Positions 1 to 10,518 of a DNA stretch of 51,019 nt are shown here, piece after piece (within the stretch, counting starts at the first letter, position 1; every line of letters begins with the position of its first letter). This DNA is from Sphingomonadales bacterium (GTDB lineage: Bacteria > Pseudomonadota > Alphaproteobacteria > Sphingomonadales > Sphingomonadaceae): the NCBI GenBank assembly GCA_031425075.1, contig JANPIQ010000379.1, positions 1 to 51,019 of the forward strand, in the 5' to 3' direction. Made by a program: the position numbers and the translations under genes. The notes under the pieces are model-generated. The model did not search any database, was not told the origin of the DNA, and saw only the letters and a list, made by a program, of their open reading frames with translations.

Positions 1-371
1 GGCGCTGACGGAGGCGCGAACCAGCGTTTGCCAAGCGCAGGATGACGGGGGTCGCAAACGCCCGACCCGTCGATCGCCCAATGGACCGCCAACCCTGCAT
101 CCTTTGCAATCGCGATCGGCCGCCGCAACCGATAGATCGACAGCCGCCGAACAAGCGCATCGGCGTGCGCGGCTTGGCAATCGATCAACACATCATCGCC
201 GTCGGCCCAAACGATAAAATCGAACAGCGCCTTCCCCTGCGGCGTCAGCAGTCCGGCATAGACGGGCAGATCGCCCGCCACATCGTTGGTGACAAGACCT
301 TGCAGAAATCCGCGCACGTCTTCGCCAGACAGGCGGATCACCGCGCGATCGTTGAGGGTGGTGTCGGTCAT
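1..371 (-). CDS. ygfZ: YgfZ/GcvT-family folate-binding protein (3' end runs off the window)
   Basis: Not in the ORF track. Read manually from ATG at 371: MTDTTLNDRAVIRLSGEDVRGFLQGLVTNDV...YAGLLTPQGKALFDF, the typical YgfZ N-terminus. Confidence 0.85.
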   Translation of the reverse strand, partial: MTDTTLNDRAVIRLSGEDVRGFLQGLVTNDVAGDLPVYAGLLTPQGKALFDFIVWADGDDVLIDCQAAHADALVRRLSIYRLRRPIAIAKDAGLAVHWAIDGSGVCDPRHPALGKRWFAPPSA

Positions 372-394
372 TTTGCTGATCTAGGGACAAAGCC

Positions 395-1435
395 ATGATC
401 ACGCCAGACCGCATCACCATCCGCCGCCCCGATGACTGGCATGTTCATTTGCGCGACGGCACCATGCTCGAAGCCGTGGCCCCCTATACCGCGCGCCAGT
501 TCGCCCGGGCTATCGTGATGCCCAATCTGTCCACGCCGGTCACAACAACCGTTGCGGCTGCTGCGTATCGTGATCGGATCGTTGCCGCGACAGGCGCTAG
601 CTTCACCCCACTGATGACGGCATATCTGACCGACGATACCGAAGCTGACGAAATGCGTCGCGGCCATGGCGAAGGCGTGTTCACCGCGGCCAAGCTCTAT
701 CCAGCGCATGCCACAACAGGTGCTGCGCTTGGCGTCACCGATGTCGCGCATCTGACAGGCGTATTCGACACAATGCAGTCGATCGGCATGCCATTGCTGA
801 TCCACGGCGAAGTGACCGATCATGATGTCGATATCTTCGACCGCGAGGCGGTATTCATCGACCGCACGCTATCGGGCATTGTTCGTCATTTCCCCGATCT
901 CAAGATCGTGTTCGAACACATTACGACCCAAGACGCGGTCGATTTTGTTGCGAGTTGCACTTCGCATGTCGCCGCAACGATCACGCCGCAGCATCTCCAC
1001 ATCAACCGCAATGCGATGTTTGCAGGCGGCATCCGCCCGCATGCGTATTGCTTGCCCGTTGCCAAGCGTGAGCGTCACCGGCTGGCGCTGCGCGCGGCAG
1101 CTATTTCGGGCAATCCCAAATTTTTTCTCGGCACCGACAGCGCACCACACAGCATCGAAGCGAAGGAGGCAGCATGCGGGTGCGCGGGCATCTTCAACGC
1201 GCCCTATGCGCTCGAAAGCTATGCCATGGTCTTTGATGAAGAACGCGCGCTCGACCGGTTCGAGGGCTTTGCCTCGGAGTTTGGCCCGCGCTTTTACGGC
1301 TTGCCGGTCAATGTCGATCTGATCACGCTCGAGCGCGCTTCGGTCATCGTTGAAAGTGCCATTTCCGCAGCAGGCACCGCCGTAGTTCCTTTCCATGCGG
1401 GCGAAACGATCGGCTGGTGCGTAACCAGAATGTGA
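395..1435 (+). CDS. pyrC: Dihydroorotase (E. coli type II)
   Basis: RPDDWHVHLRDG, AIVMPNL, KLYPA, FLGTDSAPH and GCAGIFN motifs. Confidence 0.97.
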   Translation: MITPDRITIRRPDDWHVHLRDGTMLEAVAPYTARQFARAIVMPNLSTPVTTTVAAAAYRDRIVAATGASFTPLMTAYLTDDTEADEMRRGHGEGVFTAAKLYPAHATTGAALGVTDVAHLTGVFDTMQSIGMPLLIHGEVTDHDVDIFDREAVFIDRTLSGIVRHFPDLKIVFEHITTQDAVDFVASCTSHVAATITPQHLHINRNAMFAGGIRPHAYCLPVAKRERHRLALRAAAISGNPKFFLGTDSAPHSIEAKEAACGCAGIFNAPYALESYAMVFDEERALDRFEGFASEFGPRFYGLPVNVDLITLERASVIVESAISAAGTAVVPFHAGETIGWCVTRM

Positions 1436-1482
1436 CGATTGGCACTGGCGCGCTCGCCTTGCGCGCCCTAGACACCACATCA

Positions 1483-4380
1483 ATGCGAACCTTGTTTCCG
1501 CGCCTGTTGGCTGCATTGCTCCCCGCCACTCTGGTTGCAACACCGCTTGCCGGTCAGACCTCCACACCAAAAGCCCAGACCACGGCCAAAGCGCCTGTCG
1601 TGGCAGTTGTCGCCAAGCCAGTGCCCTGGCTTTATGCAGGCAGCGATATCCCCCCTGATCCGGCATGGACGTTCGGTACGTTGCCCAACGGCGTCCGCTA
1701 TGCCGTGCGGCGATCGGGGGTTCCGCCGCGGCAGGTTGCCATCCGTGTCGGGATGGAAGTCGGTTCGCTGTTCGAAAGCGATTCCGAACGCGGCTTTGCG
1801 CATTATATTGAGCATCTGTCGTTTCGCGGATCGAAGCATGTGACAGACGGGGAGGCAAAGCGCGTCTGGCAGCGTTTGGGCGCGACCTTCGGAAGCGACA
1901 CCAACGCCCTCACATCGACGACGCAAACAATCTACAAGCTCGATCTGCCCAACGCTTCGGCGCAAAGCCTCGATGAAAGCATCAAGATCCTGTCAGGCAT
2001 GATGTCCGGTCCAACTATGACGCAAGCCGAAGTCGATGCCGAGCGCCGTACTGTCCTTGCCGAATCGCGCGAACAGGCTGGCCCGCAAACGCGGGCTCGT
2101 GATGCAACGCAGGAGTTGTTTTTCGCCAGTCAATTGATTGCGGATCGCACGCCGATTGGCACGACAGCGTCGCTCAACGCAGCGACTCCGCAAGCGTTGC
2201 GTGCATTTCACGACCGCTGGTATCGTCCCGAACGCGCGATCATAGTCATTGCAGGCGATGCCGATCCTGCGCTTTTCAAACAGCTGATCATCAAGCATTT
2301 CGGCGATTGGAACGGCAAAGGGGCGTTCACGCCAGACCCCGATTTCGGGAAACCTGTCGAAGGAAAGCCGACGAGCACGGTGATCACCGAACCTGGCCTG
2401 CCGACGATCGTCAGCATGGCAACATTGCGGCCGTGGGTGCAGAAAAACGATACGATTGCGTATAACCAGGGGAAGCTCGTCGATCTTGTCGCGCTTCGCC
2501 TGATCAATCGGCGGCTCGAAGAACGCGCGCGGGCGGGCGGCAGTTTCCTGCAGGCGCAAGTAGATCAGGAAGATGTCTCGCGGTCGGTTGATGGCACGTT
2601 CGTTCAGGTCGTTCCGCTCGGCACCGATTGGGAAGCCGCACTGCGTGACGTGCGCGCAGTAATTGCAGATGCCAAGGTCAATCCGCCTTTGCCCGAAGAC
2701 ATTACACGAGAGGCGGGAGAATTTTTCTCCGCACTTCAGATCGGTGTAGAAACCGAGCGCGCGGAGGCAGCAACCAAGCAGGCCGACGACATATTGCAGG
2801 CAGTCGACATCCGTGAAACGGTGGCCACCGCACAGGTGGCGCTCGACGTGTTTGGCGGCATCAGAGACAAGATTACCCCTGCCGATATCCTGACTTCGAC
2901 TCAAAAGCTGTTTAGCGGCACCGGCCCGCGCGCGATTGTGACGACCCCCAATGCCGATCCGGCCAATGATGCGAAATTGGCCGCTGCGCTTGCTGCTCCG
3001 CCCGTGGCGCTCGCCGCAAGTGGCAGCAGCGTGCGCGCGACGTTTGATCAACTTCCCAAGCTCGGGGCCCCGGGAACCATTATCGCGCGCAAGCCTTTCG
3101 AAGGCCTTGGGATCGAACAGATCAGCTTTGCCAATGGCAGCAATCTGATCCTGTTCCCCAACCCCGCCGAGCAGGGGCGGATTTATGTTCAGGTGCGCTT
3201 TGGTAACGGGATGCAGGCGCTGGCCCCCAATCGAACGAGCCTTGGCTGGGTTACCAATTCAGCGCTAGTTGCCAGCGGAATCGGGCCATTCGACCAAAAC
3301 GCGATCGACAGGCTCACGAGCGGTCGCCAAATCGGCATGGATTTCGATATTGGCGAAAACGCGTTTGTCTTTTCGGCGCGCACCCGCGCGATCGATCTCA
3401 AAGACCAGTTGAAGCTGATTGCAGCAAAACTTGCGGCTCCGCGATGGGATGCTGCGCCTGTCTTGCGCACGCGCGCGGCAACGCTGACCGGCTTCGATTC
3501 ACAGGACAAAACAGCACAGTCGGTGTTGTCTCGCGACCTGGGCGGGCTTTTGAATGGCGGCGATGCGCGCTGGCTTTCCCCTTCACGGGGCCAAATCGAG
3601 GCACTGACGCCCGAGGCCTTCCGCAAGCAGTGGGAACCCTTGCTCAAAACCGGGCCAATCGAAGTGCTGGTGTTTGGCGATGTGACCGAAGCCGCAGCGA
3701 TTGAGGCAATGGCCGAAAGCTTTGGTGCCATGGCACCGCGGAAAGCAATGGCGGTCCCGCCTCCACAAAGTGGATCACCCGGTCCGACACCGACGACAAA
3801 GACGATCGTGCGCCGACACAAAGGCGCGATCGATCAGGCCTATGCCGTTATCGCCTGGCCGCTCGGCGGCGGGATGGACGGCGTGTATGAGTCGCGCAAA
3901 CTTGAAATCCTGGCGCAAATTTTCAACGACCGGATGTTCGACAAATTTCGCGAAGCCGAAGGGGCCAGCTATTCGCCCAACGTCGGCGCGACATGGCCAT
4001 TAGGGCTGACACGGGGCGGTAATTTCGTTGCCCTGTCGCAAGTCGATCCCAAGAACGTCGACCGGTTCTTTGTGCTGACCAAGGAAATCTCGGCTGATCT
4101 CACGGCAAAGCCTGTAACCGCCGATGAACTTGCGCGCGTCATCAACCCATTGCGCGAACTGATCTCACGTGCATCATCAGGTAATACGTTCTGGCTCAAC
4201 CAGCTCGCAGGCGTAAGCCGCGAACCGCGTAAGCTCACTGCGTTATCGTCATTGCTGTCCGATTACGACCGAATCACCGTTACCGACCTGCAGGAGACTG
4301 CCAAACGCTGGTTGATCCCTGGAAAGGCGATGATGGTGGCCGTTCTGCCGGAAGCAGCACCACCCAATGCCAGTCGCTGA
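1483..4380 (+). CDS. Secreted M16 (pitrilysin/PqqL-like) zinc metallopeptidase
   Basis: Signal peptide from MRTLFPRLL, inverted zinc motif HYIEH, FGSDTNA and WYRPE, two-half architecture of about 965 aa. Start moved from 1417 to ATG 1483. Confidence 0.9.
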   Translation: MRTLFPRLLAALLPATLVATPLAGQTSTPKAQTTAKAPVVAVVAKPVPWLYAGSDIPPDPAWTFGTLPNGVRYAVRRSGVPPRQVAIRVGMEVGSLFESDSERGFAHYIEHLSFRGSKHVTDGEAKRVWQRLGATFGSDTNALTSTTQTIYKLDLPNASAQSLDESIKILSGMMSGPTMTQAEVDAERRTVLAESREQAGPQTRARDATQELFFASQLIADRTPIGTTASLNAATPQALRAFHDRWYRPERAIIVIAGDADPALFKQLIIKHFGDWNGKGAFTPDPDFGKPVEGKPTSTVITEPGLPTIVSMATLRPWVQKNDTIAYNQGKLVDLVALRLINRRLEERARAGGSFLQAQVDQEDVSRSVDGTFVQVVPLGTDWEAALRDVRAVIADAKVNPPLPEDITREAGEFFSALQIGVETERAEAATKQADDILQAVDIRETVATAQVALDVFGGIRDKITPADILTSTQKLFSGTGPRAIVTTPNADPANDAKLAAALAAPPVALAASGSSVRATFDQLPKLGAPGTIIARKPFEGLGIEQISFANGSNLILFPNPAEQGRIYVQVRFGNGMQALAPNRTSLGWVTNSALVASGIGPFDQNAIDRLTSGRQIGMDFDIGENAFVFSARTRAIDLKDQLKLIAAKLAAPRWDAAPVLRTRAATLTGFDSQDKTAQSVLSRDLGGLLNGGDARWLSPSRGQIEALTPEAFRKQWEPLLKTGPIEVLVFGDVTEAAAIEAMAESFGAMAPRKAMAVPPPQSGSPGPTPTTKTIVRRHKGAIDQAYAVIAWPLGGGMDGVYESRKLEILAQIFNDRMFDKFREAEGASYSPNVGATWPLGLTRGGNFVALSQVDPKNVDRFFVLTKEISADLTAKPVTADELARVINPLRELISRASSGNTFWLNQLAGVSREPRKLTALSSLLSDYDRITVTDLQETAKRWLIPGKAMMVAVLPEAAPPNASR

Positions 4381-4860
4381 TTATATTGGCTTGAAGTAAC
4401 GCGCCACTGGCCAGCGTTCGAACCCCTGCGCTTCATAGGCTGCACGTGACGGCGCGTGGCCCGGATCGTTACCAGTTTCGACCATCACAATGACCATCCC
4501 CGCGCTCCGCATGGCGGCATGGGCAGCCTTCATCAGGAAATTGGCGATGCCTTGACGCTGCCGGTCAGGATCGACGGCAAGGATATAGATTTCACCCATG
4601 CGGTCTTGCAGGTGCAAACGGATGCCGATCCAGCCAATGATGACGTCGCCATCGACAGCTACTTTTGCGCGCTCGCCCTCGACGTCGAGGAACTGGGCAA
4701 TGTCGGCGCGTTGCCGTTCCGTCCAGCCCCGCGGGTAAAACGTCCGATACACAAATGCCGGAACGTTCGGTTCCAGCAAACCGAACACCGGTGTCCAAGC
4801 GCGGATCGATAGTGCCAGCACGGCTTCACGATCAGCGGCTGCATAATCCCGAATACGGAT
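4381..4860 (-). CDS. GNAT-family N-acetyltransferase (start codon uncertain)
   Basis: Motif A LAVDPDRQRQGIA and C-terminal AAYEAQGF. Similarity begins at IRIRDY, where there is no ATG. Confidence 0.8.
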   Translation of the reverse strand: MRIRDYAAADREAVLALSIRAWTPVFGLLEPNVPAFVYRTFYPRGWTERQRADIAQFLDVEGERAKVAVDGDVIIGWIGIRLHLQDRMGEIYILAVDPDRQRQGIANFLMKAAHAAMRSAGMVIVMVETGNDPGHAPSRAAYEAQGFERWPVARYFKPI

Positions 4861-4864
4861 GGCT

Positions 4865-5269
4865 TCAGGCCGTCTCCGGATAGCGTTCGAAACTGTGCAG
4901 TTCGTGCGCGGTTGCCATCCAGCCGATGCGTTCGGCCGCCTGGATGTGTGCGCCAGGCGGAAGTGCGCCCGGATCGTCAAGCGTCGCGGTGTGAAAATCG
5001 ACAAGGCCGGGTAGGAATTCCTCATTCCTGTAAAACAGGCTCGACCCGCATGTCCCGCAAAAGCTGCGCACCGTGACGCCCGTCGAATGATAATCGACAG
5101 GCGTGCCTTGCGTGACCGTCAGTTCCTCGTTGCGAAACGCGGCAAACGAGACGACTGGCGCACCGGCACTCCTGCGACAATCTGCGCAGTGGCACAGCGC
5201 CACATGCTGCGGCGTACCTCGGGCTTCGTATCGGATCGCTCCGCAATGGCATCCTCCTGCGTAGACCAT
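4865..5269 (-). CDS. GFA (glutathione-dependent formaldehyde-activating/CENP-V) family Zn protein
   Basis: GGCHCG, CHCADCRR and FCGTCGS motifs; GGAGA Shine-Dalgarno upstream of ATG 5269. Confidence 0.9.
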   Translation of the reverse strand: MVYAGGCHCGAIRYEARGTPQHVALCHCADCRRSAGAPVVSFAAFRNEELTVTQGTPVDYHSTGVTVRSFCGTCGSSLFYRNEEFLPGLVDFHTATLDDPGALPPGAHIQAAERIGWMATAHELHSFERYPETA

Positions 5270-5391
5270 GCCGATTCTCCTGTGCGTGTTACGCTGGGCA
5301 GGATGTCGCCAATCCTCGCGCGGAGCAAGCGAACCATTGCGAACTCCGACACCAATTGATGATCGCCATGCTCGATATCGGGAGGCATGCG

Positions 5392-5802
5392 ATGACATCG
5401 GCTTTTTGCGCGGGCGTTGCGACCTTGATCGGCGCGACCGCGGTGCAGGCGCAAACCTCAAAGGCCCCTTCGCCCGAAGTGGGCACTGTTCATCAACTGA
5501 GCGAAATTGAGAAGGAGGCGTTGTTCGAGCGCCTTGCCCAGCGCGATCTTGCCGAGCCTGCCGAAGCTGCCGCGCGAACGAGGCCCGGAAAAGTGGAACG
5601 CATCGGGCTTGGCATTCTGGGCTATCTCGGCAGTGCTGCGGCAGACGCAGCAGTCGATCGCCGCTGCAGGGGAAGCCTGCAATGCCGCGTCCGGTGGCAC
5701 CATTGCTTCGGCGAACGGCCGCGTCTTCCCCTGATCGATTACAACACGTACTTGCTCAGATCGACATTCTTGGCAATGCTCGCGAGCTGCGTTTCAACAT
5801 AG
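5392..5802 (+). CDS. Small exported hypothetical protein, 3' part possibly frameshifted
   Basis: GGGAGG SD 6 nt before ATG 5392; signal peptide ending AVQA-Q. The end overlaps hslU by 64 nt. Confidence 0.5.
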   Translation: MTSAFCAGVATLIGATAVQAQTSKAPSPEVGTVHQLSEIEKEALFERLAQRDLAEPAEAAARTRPGKVERIGLGILGYLGSAAADAAVDRRCRGSLQCRVRWHHCFGERPRLPLIDYNTYLLRSTFLAMLASCVST

Positions 5803-7037
5803 GCCGCATCGATGCAGAGCGTGCTGCCCTGACGATCCTCGGCTTCGAAGCTGACATCTTCGAGCAGCTTCTCAAGCACCGTCGATAGCCGCCGCGCGCC
5901 GATATTTTCGACGCTTTCGTTTACATCGACCGCGATCCGCGCAATGGCATCGATCCCTTCATCGGCAAAATCGATCGTCACGCCTTCGGTGCCCAGCAAT
6001 GCCTGATACTGCGTTGTCAAGCTGGCGCGGGTGTCCTTCAGGATTGCCACGAAATCGGCATGCCCGAGCGCCTTCAGCTCGACACGGATCGGCAGCCGGC
6101 CCTGCAATTCGGGGAGCAGATCGGATGGCTTGGCAACATGAAACGCGCCAGATGCAATGAACAGGATGTGGTCGGTTTTCATCGGCCCATATTTGGTGGC
6201 AACCGTCGTGCCTTCGATCAACGGCAGCAGATCGCGCTGGACGCCTTCGCGGCTTACCGAACCACCGCGCACATCGCTGACGGCAATCTTGTCAATCTCA
6301 TCGAGAAACACGATTCCGTTCGCTTCGGCATCGGCGAGCGCCACACGCGCGACATCGTCCTGATCGAGACGGGCATCGGCCTCTTCCTCTACCAGCTTGG
6401 TCCATGCCGCAGGCACACCCATTTTGCGACGTTTCTTGGGTGCGCCGCCAAACGCCTTGCCCATCATGTCGGACAGGTTGATCATCCCGACATTGGCCCC
6501 ACCAGGAATTTCGAACGGCATCTGGGGCGCTGCCTCGACCTCGATCTCGATTTCGGTCGTATTGAGATGCCCGTCCTCGAAACGCCTGGCGAACGCTTCA
6601 CGCGTCGCCGTCGAGGCATCCTTGCCTGTCAGGGCATCGAGCAGCCGCGCCATCGCGGCCTCTTCGGCCTTGTCCTTGACAGCAGTGCGGCGCCGCTCTT
6701 TTTCCAGCCGGATGGCCTCTTCGACAAGATCGCGCGCAATCTGTTCGACGTCGCGGCCGACATAGCCGACTTCGGTGAACTTGGTCGCCTCGACCTTGAC
6801 GAACGGCGCATCGGCAAGCTTGGCCAGCCGCCGGGAAATTTCGGTCTTGCCGCACCCCGTGGGCCCGATCATCAGGATGTTCTTGGGGCTGACTTCATCG
6901 CGAAGTTCGGCAGGCAATTGCTGCCGCCGCCAGCGGTTGCGCATCGCCACGGCGACCGCGCGCTTGGCATCGGTCTGCCCGATAATGTGTTCGTCCAAGG
7001 CCGCGACTATGGCCTTAGGGGTCAATGCAGTGTTCAT
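5739..7037 (-). CDS. hslU: ATP-dependent protease ATPase subunit HslU
   Basis: GPTGCGKT Walker [28 protein letters not shown] and [10 protein letters not shown]. Confidence 0.98.
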   Translation of the reverse strand: MNTALTPKAIVAALDEHIIGQTDAKRAVAVAMRNRWRRQQLPAELRDEVSPKNILMIGPTGCGKTEISRRLAKLADAPFVKVEATKFTEVGYVGRDVEQIARDLVEEAIRLEKERRRTAVKDKAEEAAMARLLDALTGKDASTATREAFARRFEDGHLNTTEIEIEVEAAPQMPFEIPGGANVGMINLSDMMGKAFGGAPKKRRKMGVPAAWTKLVEEEADARLDQDDVARVALADAEANGIVFLDEIDKIAVSDVRGGSVSREGVQRDLLPLIEGTTVATKYGPMKTDHILFIASGAFHVAKPSDLLPELQGRLPIRVELKALGHADFVAILKDTRASLTTQYQALLGTEGVTIDFADEGIDAIARIAVDVNESVENIGARRLSTVLEKLLEDVSFEAEDRQGSTLCIDAAYVETQLASIAKNVDLSKYVL

Positions 7038-7044
7038 GCGAATC

Positions 7045-7596
7045 TCAGTTTGAAGAGTCGAGGGATTCAACGGTCAACTGATCGTTGGTATAAACGCAAA
7101 TTTCTGCCGCGACCGCCATCGCCTTGCGGCACAGAATTTCGGGATCGGCTTCATAATCCTTGAGCGCGCGCGCAGCGGCGAGCGCAAAGTTTCCGCCCGA
7201 TCCAATCGCGGCGATTCCCTCCAAAGGTTCAAGAACATCGCCATTGCCCGTAAGCACCAGCGACACATCCTTGTCCGCGACAATCATCAGCGCTTCCAGA
7301 TTGCGGAGATATTTGTCGGTCCGCCAGTCCTTGGCGAGTTCGACTGCCGCACGAAGCAACTGGCCATTATACTGCTCGAGCTTTTTTTCGAGCCGCTCGA
7401 ACAGCGTGAAGGCATCGGCGGTTGCCCCTGCAAACCCGGCAATCACCTTGCCATCGTGCAGCGGGCGGACCTTCTTTGCATTGGGTTTCATCACGGTCTG
7501 GCCCATCGAGACCTGACCATCGCCGGCAATCACCACTCTGCCATTCTTGCGCACGGAAACGATGGTGGTGCCGTGCCATTGGATAGGATTGCTCAT
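7045..7596 (-). CDS. hslV: ATP-dependent protease peptidase subunit HslV
   Basis: HGTTIV N-terminal Thr nucleophile, [15 protein letters not shown] and IGSGG. Confidence 0.98.
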   Translation of the reverse strand: MSNPIQWHGTTIVSVRKNGRVVIAGDGQVSMGQTVMKPNAKKVRPLHDGKVIAGFAGATADAFTLFERLEKKLEQYNGQLLRAAVELAKDWRTDKYLRNLEALMIVADKDVSLVLTGNGDVLEPLEGIAAIGSGGNFALAAARALKDYEADPEILCRKAMAVAAEICVYTNDQLTVESLDSSN

Positions 7597-7605
7597 CGCC
7601 GATGC

Positions 7606-7635
7606 ATATGGTGGCACGCCGCCTCTCATTTCAAG
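7606..7635 (-). promoter_or_regulatory. RpoH (sigma32)-like heat-shock promoter of hslVU
   Basis: Minus strand CTTGAA-N16-CACCATAT matches the sigma32 consensus and ends 9 nt before the hslV ATG. Confidence 0.7.
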
Positions 7636-7688
7636 CAGTCACCGAAAAACTGCTGGCACAGATGCGACAACCGAGATAGGTTTCAAAA

Positions 7689-8825
7689 ATGAACTGGATT
7701 GCATTGCGGATGTTGACAGGGGATCGGGTGAAATTCCTCGGGCTTGTTTTCGGCATCGCATTTTCGACATTGCTCATCACCCAACAGCTTACCATTTTCG
7801 TCAATCTGCTGATGCGCGGCGCGTCTGCTGTTTATGACGTGCCGACTGCCAACATCTGGGTTATGGATCCGGTTGGCCGCACGCCGGACGTGACGCTTCC
7901 CCTCCCCGCAACGGCACTTGACAAGGTGCGCGGCGTTCCCGGTGTTGCTTATGCCGTGCCGTTGCTGCGCGCGAATGCCACGATTCGCACGCCCGATGGA
8001 AAAGTCGAAGGCGTCGGCGTGGTCGGGCTCGACGATGCCACGCTGATCGGGCTGCCGCGCGTCATGCTTGAGGGAAAGCGCGAAGCTTTGGCTGCGCCCG
8101 ACAGCGTGTTCATCGATGCGGTCGGCGCGAACAAGCTGTTCGGGCGGCGGACAGGTGTGACCGGCATCGTGCTCGAACTCAATGACAGGCGGGCCATCAT
8201 CGCAGGCGTCACCGACGCCACGCCGACCTTCACTTCGGGCGTGATCCTTTTCACCCGTTATTCGAACGCGCTCAACTATGTGCCGGGAACGCGCAAGCGC
8301 ATGTCGTTTGTCGTCGCACAAACCGAAGCCGGGCTGGCCCCGCGCGCAGTCGCCGACGAAATCGAGAACCGCACCGGCCTTCGCGCGCGCACCAGCCCCG
8401 AATTTGCGCGCGACGGGATCGATTTCATCATCCAGAATACAGGGATTCCGATCAATTTCGGGATTACGGTCGTGCTCGGCGTGATCGTCGGCGTCGCGAT
8501 CGTGGGGCTGACATTCAGCCTGTTCATCCGCGACAATATCAAACAGTTCGGCGCATTGAAGGCCATTGGCGTAACCAACGGCAAAATCCGGATGATGGTC
8601 GCGGCGCAATCGGCGCTGGTCGCGCTGATAGGTTACGGAATAGGTCTGTTTCTTGCGGCGCTGTTCATCTGGGGGCCGGGCGATGTCGATGCGTTCAAGG
8701 GATTTTACATCCCGTGGCAAATCCCGGTGATCAGCGCGGTGCTGACGATTGTCATGATCTTGCTGACTGGCGTCATCGCGCTGCGGTCTGTGCTCAAGAT
8801 GGAGCCTGCCGAGGTGTTTCGATGA
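7689..8825 (+). CDS. ABC transporter permease (MacB/FtsX/DevC-like)
   Basis: One TM, a large periplasmic loop, then three TMs; FGALKAIG FtsX-type motif. Confidence 0.88.
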   Translation: MNWIALRMLTGDRVKFLGLVFGIAFSTLLITQQLTIFVNLLMRGASAVYDVPTANIWVMDPVGRTPDVTLPLPATALDKVRGVPGVAYAVPLLRANATIRTPDGKVEGVGVVGLDDATLIGLPRVMLEGKREALAAPDSVFIDAVGANKLFGRRTGVTGIVLELNDRRAIIAGVTDATPTFTSGVILFTRYSNALNYVPGTRKRMSFVVAQTEAGLAPRAVADEIENRTGLRARTSPEFARDGIDFIIQNTGIPINFGITVVLGVIVGVAIVGLTFSLFIRDNIKQFGALKAIGVTNGKIRMMVAAQSALVALIGYGIGLFLAALFIWGPGDVDAFKGFYIPWQIPVISAVLTIVMILLTGVIALRSVLKMEPAEVFR

Positions 8826-9526
8826 ACACAGCGATCACCATCGAGCAGGTGGTCAAGGAATTCAAGGTCGGCGATAATGTGTTGCGCGTGCTGCACGGCA
8901 TCGACGTTGCGGTGCGTACCGGCGAACTGACCTATCTTGTTGGCGAATCAGGATCGGGCAAGACGACGCTGATCTCGATCATCGCGGGCATCCTGTATCC
9001 GACGCAGGGCAATGTTCACATCTTCGGCACCGATATTTACAGCTTGTCAGACAATGACCTTGTCAAGTTTCGCCTCAAGACAATCGGCTTCATCTTCCAG
9101 CAGTATAATCTGCTCCCGACGCTGACCGCCGCTGAAAATGCCGCCGTTCCGCTGATTGCCGCAGGAATGCCACGAACCGAGGCCATCGACCGTGGTCGGG
9201 TGCTGCTTGAAAAGCTGAACATCGGCAATCAGGCCGACAAGTTTCCGCGTGCGATGTCAGGGGGCCAGCAGCAACGCGTCGCGATTGCCCGCGCGCTTGT
9301 GCACGAACCGCAACTGGTGGTGTGCGACGAGCCCACCGCAGCGCTCGACGCGCGATCGGGCCGCCGGGTGATGGACCTGCTCCGCGAAGTCGCACTTGCT
9401 GCCGATCGCGCGGTCATCATCGTCACGCACGACAACCGCATCTTCGACCTCGCCGACCGCATCCTTGCGATGGAAGACGGCCGCATCACCAGCGACGGCG
9501 CGGCCATGCCCGCTGGCCACGATTAG
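8822..9526 (+). CDS. ABC transporter ATP-binding protein (MacB/LolD/DevA-like)
   Basis: GESGSGKT, MSGGQQQRVAIARAL, CDEPT and VTHD; ATGA overlap with the permease. Confidence 0.95.
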   Translation: MNTAITIEQVVKEFKVGDNVLRVLHGIDVAVRTGELTYLVGESGSGKTTLISIIAGILYPTQGNVHIFGTDIYSLSDNDLVKFRLKTIGFIFQQYNLLPTLTAAENAAVPLIAAGMPRTEAIDRGRVLLEKLNIGNQADKFPRAMSGGQQQRVAIARALVHEPQLVVCDEPTAALDARSGRRVMDLLREVALAADRAVIIVTHDNRIFDLADRILAMEDGRITSDGAAMPAGHD

Positions 9527-9537
9527 GAGCAAAGACA

Positions 9538-10518
9538 GTGCAACGCCCCAGTTTCTCGCGCGTCATTCTGCCTGCGATAGCCGTGATAGGCATCGTCATT
9601 GCGATCTTCATGATCATGTCCGGCCAGCCCAATCGTGCCGCCGAAGCCCCGATTGTCCCGCCGCCTGCGACGCCAGACGGACAGCGCAATGGCGGCACCG
9701 TGGCAGGGGCAGGACTCGTCGAACCAGCCAGCGAGATCATCGATATCGGCACGCCGATTGGCGGGATCGTCGAGGCGCTGTATGTCACCGCAGGCGATCG
9801 CGTCGGGCAGGGTCAGCCGCTGTTCCGGATCGACACCCGCGATGCGCGTGCGGCCGTCGCCGAGGCCGCGGCGCAACTCGACAGCGCGCGCAAGGGGATT
9901 GCGGCCGCGCAGGCATCGCTGGGCGTCGCGCAGAACCAGCTCGCGCTCTACGGCAATGTTACCGATCCGCGCGCAGTGTCGAAGCTCGAGATCGTCGACC
10001 GGCAGGGTGCGGTGCGCAATGCCCGCGCGCAGGTTGCGCTTCAGCAGGCGCAGGCAGATGCAGCCGCAGCGCAGCTCCAGCGTGCGCGCGTCGATCTCGA
10101 ACGCCGGATCGTTCGCGCGCCGATAGCGGGGCAAATCCTGCAGGCGCGCGTCCGCCAGGGCGAGTTTGCGCCCGCCGGAATGGGTCAGGGGGGCGGCAAT
10201 GCCGATCCGCTGATGACGATGGGGCAAACCGATCCACTCCATGTCCGCATTGACGTCGATGAAGATGAGGCCGATCGCGCCGCGCTTGGCAACGACGCGG
10301 TGGTTTCGCCGCGAGGCAACGCCAGGCTGCGCGTCAACGCCAAATTCGTCCGCGCCGAACCGCAGGTCATTCCCAAACGCTCGCTGACCAACAGCGCGAA
10401 TGAACGCGTCGATGTGCGCGTGTTGCAGGTCATTTATGCGCTTCCCGATAGCGACCATGGCATGTTCGTCGGGCAGCAGGTCGATGCGTTCATCCCGGCC
10501 AAGCAGGGAGCGAAGTGA
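9538..10518 (+). CDS. Periplasmic adaptor / membrane fusion protein (HlyD family)
   Basis: N-terminal TM, GDRVGQGQPLFRID lipoyl half, coiled coil and VRAPIAG; GTG start after AGGAG. Confidence 0.9.
   Translation: MQRPSFSRVILPAIAVIGIVIAIFMIMSGQPNRAAEAPIVPPPATPDGQRNGGTVAGAGLVEPASEIIDIGTPIGGIVEALYVTAGDRVGQGQPLFRIDTRDARAAVAEAAAQLDSARKGIAAAQASLGVAQNQLALYGNVTDPRAVSKLEIVDRQGAVRNARAQVALQQAQADAAAAQLQRARVDLERRIVRAPIAGQILQARVRQGEFAPAGMGQGGGNADPLMTMGQTDPLHVRIDVDEDEADRAALGNDAVVSPRGNARLRVNAKFVRAEPQVIPKRSLTNSANERVDVRVLQVIYALPDSDHGMFVGQQVDAFIPAKQGAK

Noticed and set aside
5328-5345. GCGAAC-CATT-GCGAAC direct repeat as a LexA box
   Set aside because: Spacing is GAAC-N6-GAAC rather than N7.
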